Shown piece after piece: positions 57,637 through 64,000 of a DNA stretch of 64,000 bases. Origin of the DNA: a virus. The DNA is taken from positions 11,547 to 75,546 of IMG/VR virus record IMGVR_UViG_3300014720_000030. One strand, 5' to 3'. A program made the translations under genes and the position numbers. A model generated the notes under the pieces. That model was not told where the DNA came from, ran no database searches, and worked only from the letters and a program-made list of their open reading frames with translations. Every line of letters begins with the position of its first letter. Positions within the stretch are counted from its first letter, which is position 1.

Positions 57637-59107
57637 ACAGGCATTATTAAAGCTAAATCCTAATAAAAAATTTATAATTAGCGAACAAGATCCTACTTCA
57701 TATGGAGGTTTTACATTTACGCCTAGCACGGAAACAAATACTGGTAAAACTAACAAACCAAAAAAATTAAAAGTTAAACAACCAAAAAAAGAACCTGTTG
57801 ATTCATCAAAAACAAAATCTTCATCAACGGAATGGACGCCGCCAACCAAAGATTCAACGGTTGCAGAAAAAGCTTTTGCAGAAAAAGTTAAAAAATATTA
57901 TGATGCCAACGATCCGGAACATGACGATGCATGGAATGGTACCATGGTGTATATAGCATTAGCCGGTGGTGCTGCATTGTTACTTCGTAAAGGATATGTA
58001 AGATATAAATCAAGAATAGATCCAAACTACCTAAGATCTGGAGAACGGTGGAATAGAAGCTTCGGAAAACCGTTTTGGCCCGGGTGGGCTCGATGGTTTG
58101 TTGGACAAAGCCGACGAAACATTGAAGAATTAAGAGAATTTATAGTGATAGAACGAGAACGCGGCAACATAACAGTAGCAGAAGCAGAAATGCTTTTACG
58201 GGAGTTACGAAATGCCGAAGATTTTATAGGTGCTTCTGAAACATTTAATGCAAATCTCAATAAAGTAAAATCCGGCAAGATGACGATGAAAGACTTAATA
58301 GCAGAGCTACCAAAAGCATATAAACGTAATCCCGTTTTTACGAATGCTTTAAAAGCATATGATAATGAAGTTTTATCAATGTATAGACCAGGCGGAATGC
58401 GAGTCATGCGAAATCCACGTGGCGAATTAGCAAAAAAAGCCATGGGATATTCGCAAACATATCGAGAGTTACAGGAATTTAATGTAGACTGGCCAGCATT
58501 TCAAGAAATGCATGGAACTAAATATGAATTACCTTCGGGCCCGAAGGAAAGCTTGAAATCCAAGGTGCAGCGGAGTAACGTACTGCGATCAGCAATAAAC
58601 AATGGAGATTTAATACCATTAACTGACAACGCTTTAAGTAAAATACCCGGAGAAGGTAAAATACTTGCACCCGATGGGAAATTAGTCTCTAGAGGTGTTG
58701 AAATGCCAGCAGTAACAGTTTCGCCAACCATTCGAAATGCATCAACATTGACAACGACGGAACTTACAATCAACAATCAACTGGCAGTTAAATTTCATCT
58801 GAATATTGAAGGTGGTACTTATAGTGTAGGAAAGGCTGCCATAAGAACGTTTTTATCAAGTGAAAGAATGACTACTCTTGCTGGAGAGGCATATACACCT
58901 AGAGAAATAAATACTATTATAAAAAACATACAAGATGCTAAAAACGGTATCACATTACCGAAAAGTTATACTACTGGCACAGTACCTAGTATGGGAGAAT
59001 GGTCAACAGACATGAAAAATATGCAGCTTAAAAATAGATATATTAATGCCGATTTAAGAAAACGACAAATTGCATACGCAGAACTATATAAAGCAGCAAG
59101 ACGTTGA
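57602..59107 (+). CDS. Hypothetical protein with single TM segment
   Basis: LLIEQ/IISEQ leader; MVYIALAGGAALLL. Confidence 0.7.
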   Translation: MNSQKKLDLLIEQALLKLNPNKKFIISEQDPTSYGGFTFTPSTETNTGKTNKPKKLKVKQPKKEPVDSSKTKSSSTEWTPPTKDSTVAEKAFAEKVKKYYDANDPEHDDAWNGTMVYIALAGGAALLLRKGYVRYKSRIDPNYLRSGERWNRSFGKPFWPGWARWFVGQSRRNIEELREFIVIERERGNITVAEAEMLLRELRNAEDFIGASETFNANLNKVKSGKMTMKDLIAELPKAYKRNPVFTNALKAYDNEVLSMYRPGGMRVMRNPRGELAKKAMGYSQTYRELQEFNVDWPAFQEMHGTKYELPSGPKESLKSKVQRSNVLRSAINNGDLIPLTDNALSKIPGEGKILAPDGKLVSRGVEMPAVTVSPTIRNASTLTTTELTINNQLAVKFHLNIEGGTYSVGKAAIRTFLSSERMTTLAGEAYTPREINTIIKNIQDAKNGITLPKSYTTGTVPSMGEWSTDMKNMQLKNRYINADLRKRQIAYAELYKAARR

Positions 59108-59112
59108 TTTAT

Positions 59113-59670
59113 TTATTTTTTAATAAATCCGTTTAAGAAATTTCGTTGCCGTTGAATTGCCGTATCGAGTTCAGAACAGTTTCGTTTTTTTGCATCTCTC
59201 GTAATATTTCCATTAGCGCTAGATTTAGCAACATGCTTTGTCGCATTGTTAACTCGGGTTGTTTTAGTTGATTTAGAATCTGCAGAAGATATTCGTTTGC
59301 TAGTTGCAAGCTTGCTTCCGCTTTCAATTTCTGTCCTTCGGGTGTCTGTAAAAAGCTCTGTATATGTGCTTGTATGTCCGGTTTGAATGCGTCTCTTGAT
59401 TTCATCTTGTCCAATGGACCTTGTTTCGTCGACATCAATGCATCCCGTTGTATACGCTGTTTTATGCCCTCTGATCGAAACGCCGCACGGATAGCGCGTA
59501 TTATGCGATTCAACCATGTACTGAATGCCCCAATTGGTTTCTTTAGTTGTTTTAACATAACCATATTTTTTTGCACCTAACCAAGTAAAAAATACTGCAT
59601 CTGCAGATTTGAATTGTGGTCGTGAAAACTGTTTGATGATAGCATCTGGTGCTTGTTGTTTTTTTGCCAT
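59113..59670 (-). CDS. Hypothetical protein (SH3-like N-terminus, basic tail)
   Basis: ORF track. Confidence 0.65.
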   Translation of the reverse strand: MAKKQQAPDAIIKQFSRPQFKSADAVFFTWLGAKKYGYVKTTKETNWGIQYMVESHNTRYPCGVSIRGHKTAYTTGCIDVDETRSIGQDEIKRRIQTGHTSTYTELFTDTRRTEIESGSKLATSKRISSADSKSTKTTRVNNATKHVAKSSANGNITRDAKKRNCSELDTAIQRQRNFLNGFIKK

Positions 59671-60128
59671 TAATTAAGACACATTGAATTTACGTAACTG
59701 ATAATGCGAAAAATGCGAATATAACGTGTTGTTTTGTCTTTGCGAAATATTTTTTCTGTTGCCAAATCTCGTTGCAATATGTAACCTGATTCTACAAATT
59801 TATAAGTTACGTGTCGAACGGCGCGCAAACTATTTGATTCAATCATGATGTTGCGATCATCAATCATTACGTCAACAAACTCTGAATTTTCAGATGCCGG
59901 CATTGGTGATACAATCTCAGGCGTGTTAACATGTATAGTTTCTTGATATTGTTCCAGAGTTTGTTGAACATCGAAAAAAAATGCAGACAAGTCCATGCTT
60001 CTAGTTTGCTTAGATGTTGAATCAAACATATCAAACATGTTTTTTACGCGTTCTGATACGTGCATTGTCATGACAGCTAGATACTCAGCTTTGCCTATGA
60101 AAATTCTATCAAATATTGTTTGCATCAT
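59670..60128 (-). CDS. Hypothetical protein
   Basis: ORF track; AAGGA upstream. Confidence 0.65.
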   Translation of the reverse strand: MMQTIFDRIFIGKAEYLAVMTMHVSERVKNMFDMFDSTSKQTRSMDLSAFFFDVQQTLEQYQETIHVNTPEIVSPMPASENSEFVDVMIDDRNIMIESNSLRAVRHVTYKFVESGYILQRDLATEKIFRKDKTTRYIRIFRIISYVNSMCLN

Positions 60129-60292
60129 GTTCCTTTTTTTTGTTTGACGGTAAATAAATGCTCAATTTCGCGAATCGGTAGTTGTTTGATTATGCATATT
60201 TTATCACGAGCTTCTGCTACGGTATGTGCTGTTACAATACCAATTGGTTCTTGCTTTGAATCTGATTTAAAATAATATACATAAGTTTTCAT
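60125..60292 (-). CDS. Small hypothetical protein (55 aa)
   Basis: Not in ORF track; MKTYVYYFKSDSKQEPIGIVTAHTVAEARDKICIIKQLPIREIEHLFTVKQKKGT; fills gap, ATGA overlap with next gene, ATATTTAT at 60301-60308. Confidence 0.7.
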   Translation of the reverse strand: MKTYVYYFKSDSKQEPIGIVTAHTVAEARDKICIIKQLPIREIEHLFTVKQKKGT

Positions 60293-60298
60293 CTACAC

Positions 60299-60691
60299 TT
60301 ATAAATATAAACCTAATTCATATCCACGCATTGCACAATGCAATGCATCAGCAAGAGTTTGATTTAATTTTCCAATTTCATGTTTACGCAAATTAAATGA
60401 TCTGCCTTTAATATCAATAGTAAATGCATCATGTTTGTTAACTTTATTAGCATAAACTGTATCTGATGTTGTGTTAACAGCTTTTGAATATGCAATTAGA
60501 TCTTTATAACGCATTGCAATTTTTTGATTGCAAACAATTAAATGCCCAATCAAACATTCCATTGGTTCTGATTTAAAGTTTTTTTCGGATATTTTTGATT
60601 CAATTTCAAAATCTATGTTAGCCCACGTTTCGCCATAACGGGCAATAAATTTGTCGGAAATAGCCCATGGCTGATTAATACTGTTTGTCAT
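60299..60691 (-). CDS. Hypothetical protein
   Basis: ORF track. Confidence 0.65.
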   Translation of the reverse strand: MTNSINQPWAISDKFIARYGETWANIDFEIESKISEKNFKSEPMECLIGHLIVCNQKIAMRYKDLIAYSKAVNTTSDTVYANKVNKHDAFTIDIKGRSFNLRKHEIGKLNQTLADALHCAMRGYELGLYL

Positions 60692-60696
60692 ATGTT

Positions 60697-61362
60697 TTAT
60701 TGTAATTTAAAAATTAGTACTGTATATACGTCTCGAGAATAATTGCATCTCACGTTAACAAATTGATAGCGTTCAATCAACATGTCCATCACCAATCCGG
60801 GATGTACGTAAAAAAAACCATCATGATGATGTGTATTGATTGGATTCATTAAATTGAATGAAACTACCTGTGTTGATAAATTATATAATGTATCAATGTC
60901 ATCAAACAATTTACGCAAATCATCATCTTCAGTTTCACAACGACGTTGCGTAAATACCCCAGATGCAACCACCCATTCGTGTTTATTTAATTTAGCAGTT
61001 TCAAATGCACCCACATTAACTGTGTCTAAGCCCCATTTTTGTTCGCCTAACTGCGTCATTATGGGATTATGGTCTATGGCACTATACAATACCACGTCAT
61101 TGTTTAACGCAGCCAAATCGCGGGCTATGCCATATAAATCACATCGGCCACAACCTATGTCTAGCAAAGAACCGCCTGCAAATCCTACTAACAAATTTTG
61201 CATTAAAAATCGTTGTTCTGCAGTTGTATTATATCCTACTGGTATTGGACTATACATCATGTAATCTGCATCCGTTGGTTGTAATGCATCCCATCGCAAC
61301 ATATCTGAATCAGTGCCAGTTAAGTTGTTCAGAATAGTTTCATTTAATTGTTTAGCGTCCAT
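60697..61362 (-). CDS. Class I SAM-dependent methyltransferase
   Basis: SLLDIGCGRCD motif I, VVASGVF, VSFNL; likely start MDAKQ. Confidence 0.8.
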   Translation of the reverse strand: MDAKQLNETILNNLTGTDSDMLRWDALQPTDADYMMYSPIPVGYNTTAEQRFLMQNLLVGFAGGSLLDIGCGRCDLYGIARDLAALNNDVVLYSAIDHNPIMTQLGEQKWGLDTVNVGAFETAKLNKHEWVVASGVFTQRRCETEDDDLRKLFDDIDTLYNLSTQVVSFNLMNPINTHHHDGFFYVHPGLVMDMLIERYQFVNVRCNYSRDVYTVLIFKLQ

Positions 61363-61636
61363 GTATTCTGTTTGCAATTCGTTCTTGATTTTGTTGTTTC
61401 TTTTGATCTGAAATCATTTGTTTTAATGGATGAGTTCGGTTAATGCTTTGTTCTACTTGCACAAATTGCGATATCATATGCCAGGCTGCAATTTCCGTAT
61501 CACAGCCTGGTACCATAAACGTTTCATTTAAACTAATATCATCATGAACAATATAATATTCACCATCATTATCCATCATAGCAACACTACCAGGATATCG
61601 TTTTTGAACTCGTTTTTTTAAACTTTCTAAATTCAT
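61352..61636 (-). CDS. Hypothetical protein
   Basis: ORF track. Confidence 0.65.
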   Translation of the reverse strand: MNLESLKKRVQKRYPGSVAMMDNDGEYYIVHDDISLNETFMVPGCDTEIAAWHMISQFVQVEQSINRTHPLKQMISDQKKQQNQERIANRIHGR

Positions 61637-61639
61637 TCA

Positions 61640-61918
61640 TTATGATTTAGTGATTGGTAATGCTTCATCTGCTAGCAATTGTTTATATGGAATGGTAGTT
61701 TTAATCATTCCAGTATCACAAAGCATTGCAGTTAAATGTTTATTGAGATATGTATCATGTTTTGAGTTTGTGGTAATCATACACATTGCTGATCTAGTTT
61801 CTAATAACACGTCAAATACAACGGCCTTATTAACTACATATCGATCTAAAACTACTCCTACTCGATTTACCCCATCTTGAGTAACAACTACAGTGTCTCC
61901 TGCTTTATATGTTGCCAT
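61640..61918 (-). CDS. Hypothetical protein (SH3/KOW-like)
   Basis: YKAGDTVVV..GVV pattern. Confidence 0.6.
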   Translation of the reverse strand: MATYKAGDTVVVTQDGVNRVGVVLDRYVVNKAVVFDVLLETRSAMCMITTNSKHDTYLNKHLTAMLCDTGMIKTTIPYKQLLADEALPITKS

Positions 61919-62127
61919 TAGTCGATAATTTTAATGATTTTACTTGCTGAAACTGATTTAACTTCAAAGTCAAATGTATATCCTTTAAAATCGTCAACAA
62001 CTTTAGCTTCTGCTTCTGTTACTGAAAGTGCTTCTATTAGATACGTTTCGGTGCTTCGCTTTTCTTTTGGTCCTTTTGGGGTGTCAACTGTGTCAATCAA
62101 TTGAACTTTTGCTGTGTAATACGACAT
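61918..62127 (-). CDS. DUF4494-like protein
   Basis: K..TETYLIEALSVTEAEAKV matches the Bacteroidota DUF4494 pattern. Confidence 0.7.
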   Translation of the reverse strand: MSYYTAKVQLIDTVDTPKGPKEKRSTETYLIEALSVTEAEAKVVDDFKGYTFDFEVKSVSASKIIKIID

Positions 62128-62160
62128 TTTTTTGTTTTTAATGGTTTATAACTTATTAAT

Positions 62161-62189
62161 AATATAATAAAATAGATTTAATTATCCAA
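62161..62189 (-). promoter_or_regulatory. TTGGAT-N17-TATATT promoter
   Basis: Same class as 3902, 14701, 31759, 50989. Confidence 0.6.
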
Positions 62190-62191
62190 AT

Positions 62192-63013
62192 TTATTGTTT
62201 ATCTAAAAATTTTTGAAAACGTTTTTGTTTTTTGTGCATTTCAAAAGATTTAGCAATTTGTTTGTCAGTTAGTTTGAAATTTACATGCAAATTATCTAAA
62301 ATATCTGCAATCAAACGTTGTTTTTCGCTTGAAGTTTGTTGTTTTTTTGATATCGCATCAATTAATTGTTCTAAATGTGCAACATATTGCTTAGGTAAGT
62401 GTTTAAGCATCCTAGAATCTTTTACATGTACGGAAGATTTTGTAGTTTTGCGTTTAGATTCTGCAATAGTTTGTGTTGTTAACAAACGTTTTGTAATTGT
62501 TGCAGATTCTTTTAATAAATCGCCATAACGTACAACCCAAGCAACTTCCGGTGCTGGCGGTGTAGCCCCTCCTGCTGCAGGAGTTCCAGACGCTTCCGAG
62601 CCTTTTTCCACAGTTTTTTTATCTTCTGCACCAAATCCTTTAATATCTTCTAATGATAATTGCAATTCGATTGTATATGAATTATCACGGCCCCAACCGG
62701 TATAAGGAACAATTTTAATAAATTCATCTCGTAATAATCGAAGTAATATTTGCGTCGTTAAATTCAAATCTTTCCCACTGCGCATAATAAATTCTCGAAT
62801 TCCAATATCTGAAATTGAATAAATAATACCCATAGTTTTAGAACCATATGCATCAAATTTACCTAAGAATTTTTTTTCTGCTGGGGTAAATGGGGAATCT
62901 CCCGCGTCTGTTTTTGCATTATCTGTTTCTAAAGGTACTGCTTTAGGAGAAGCTTGTTCTTGAATAATATTCGATAAAAATTGTATTGCAATATGTTGAA
63001 GAATTTCACTCAT
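62192..63013 (-). CDS. Hypothetical protein with (L/I)xE sites
   Basis: IIQEQ, LLKES, IAES. Confidence 0.7.
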   Translation of the reverse strand: MSEILQHIAIQFLSNIIQEQASPKAVPLETDNAKTDAGDSPFTPAEKKFLGKFDAYGSKTMGIIYSISDIGIREFIMRSGKDLNLTTQILLRLLRDEFIKIVPYTGWGRDNSYTIELQLSLEDIKGFGAEDKKTVEKGSEASGTPAAGGATPPAPEVAWVVRYGDLLKESATITKRLLTTQTIAESKRKTTKSSVHVKDSRMLKHLPKQYVAHLEQLIDAISKKQQTSSEKQRLIADILDNLHVNFKLTDKQIAKSFEMHKKQKRFQKFLDKQ

Positions 63014-63022
63014 TGTAATATA

Positions 63023-63208
63023 TTATTCACCTTTAGATTCGGATAATTGAGTTGATCGATATTTACTTGCAAGCTTTTTAACTTCGTTAATTGCTTTACG
63101 TGCTCTAACTCCTGCTGCTTTTACTCCTTTGTCAGAAAAACGCTCATGATTTTCTTTGAATGCAATCCAGTGTTGCTCAATCTGATCAAAAATTTCTTGT
63201 GATGTCAT
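63023..63208 (-). CDS. Histone H1-like (Hc1-family) small basic protein
   Basis: KGVKAAGVRARKA..E.KKL...YR; late promoter 63230-63237. Confidence 0.75.
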   Translation of the reverse strand: MTSQEIFDQIEQHWIAFKENHERFSDKGVKAAGVRARKAINEVKKLASKYRSTQLSESKGE

Positions 63209-63241
63209 GTTAACCTTTTTTATTTTATTATAAATATCATT

Positions 63242-63451
63242 TCAAACAAAACGATCCATTAATGTATGTATATTTTCGTTTTGTACTTTTAATTTTTCAT
63301 AGTCTGATAACAATATCATTATATCATCACCATCTTGCCAAATTTGCATGATGTGATTGCGATTAATAAATCGTAACCTAGGTTCAATGTTATCTTGTTT
63401 GCGATGTACCTCTATTACCGTTATAGCTATGAACTCCGTACGTTGTTGCAT
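63242..63451 (-). CDS. Small hypothetical protein
   Basis: ORF track. Confidence 0.6.
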   Translation of the reverse strand: MQQRTEFIAITVIEVHRKQDNIEPRLRFINRNHIMQIWQDGDDIMILLSDYEKLKVQNENIHTLMDRFV

Positions 63452-63999
63452 TAGTCACCAGTCCATTCTGCACCACCCATATATCCTGGATTTCTGCTTG
63501 GTTTTGTTTCGCCACCAATTCCACCTACATATGGTGTTGTAGAAATGGCCATTCGTTGCGTTTCAACGTTTAATTTCATCATATTTGCGGCATTATCTCG
63601 TGCATACTGCATAAGTGCCATTTTTAATGCTTCTGGTTCTGAAGATGATGCACCTATTTTTTTAACAATAAAGTCTTGAAGTTGTTTAGTATTTTTAAAA
63701 CGAACCTCATCAAATATAATATCAAAAATACCGCGCGCATACATTAAAGCACTTTTATCAACTGACCGTGCATAATCGGCTGTATATCTACTTATATCAA
63801 TGCGATTAGTAATTGCATCTGGTATCTGCATCCAATCTGTTTCTGCATATTCATCTGCAAAATCCGGACCCATATCATCATCTACAGTAGATAATAATTC
63901 TTCGCGTTGTTGTATGGTTAAACGTTTCCAAATTTCAGCTTCGTTATATTCGCGAAGAATAAGCCGTGCTCTATATAATTCTTCTTTAAGAATTTGTAT
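63451..63999 (-). CDS. Hypothetical protein (5' end beyond window)
   Basis: Frame stays open upstream of 63873: IQILKEELYRARLILREYNEAEIWKR... Confidence 0.7.
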   Translation of the reverse strand: MQILKEELYRARLILREYNEAEIWKRLTIQQREELLSTVDDDMGPDFADEYAETDWMQIPDAITNRIDISRYTADYARSVDKSALMYARGIFDIIFDEVRFKNTKQLQDFIVKKIGASSSEPEALKMALMQYARDNAANMMKLNVETQRMAISTTPYVGGIGGETKPSRNPGYMGGAEWTGD

Positions 64000-64000
64000 G

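Noticed and set aside
59133-59576. 147 aa overlapping same-strand ORF
   Set aside because: Nested in 59113..59670, which has coupled start/stop context; no independent support
1-64000. Stop-codon reassignment
   Set aside because: Core genes are intact in the standard code, and TAA, TGA and TAG all end genes at sensible boundaries
1-64000. Introns, inteins, homing endonucleases, DGR, integrase
   Set aside because: Terminase, portal, capsid and primase are uninterrupted; no RT, HNH, GIY-YIG, LAGLIDADG or recombinase motifs seen

Overview
A 64 kb, AT-rich, densely coding segment of a large T4-like myophage. Almost all genes are on the minus strand. It carries the head module (terminase, portal, prohead protease, scaffold, gp23-like capsid), neck, tail tube/sheath, fibre and baseplate genes, PhoH, a ribosomal protein bS21 gene, a fused Mre11-Rad50 (SbcD-SbcC), primase, T7 endonuclease I-like resolvase, a gp55-like sigma factor, an HD hydrolase, UvsE and a methyltransferase. 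DUF4494-like, Hc1/histone-H1-like and bS21 (KAxY) genes suggest a Bacteroidota host (inference). No tRNA, CRISPR array or mobile element was seen. Main hunt results: (1) a late promoter ATATTTAT, the reverse complement of the T4 TATAAATA box, that follows gene strand at >20 sites, plus a second TTGGAW-N17-TATAAT class; (2) Shine-Dalgarno sites on virion genes versus AGTTAT starts on others, next to a phage bS21; (3) unrelated proteins (minimal kinase, nucleotidyltransferase-ligase fusion, annexin-like membrane protein) with helical leaders ending in protease-type (L/I)xE sites, i.e. putative head-packaged cargo; (4) an [ST][GAS]S motif concentrated in surface parts of virion proteins, a candidate modification sequon; (5) two structured 5' leader RNAs. 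All family calls are by-eye motif recognition, not database searches.
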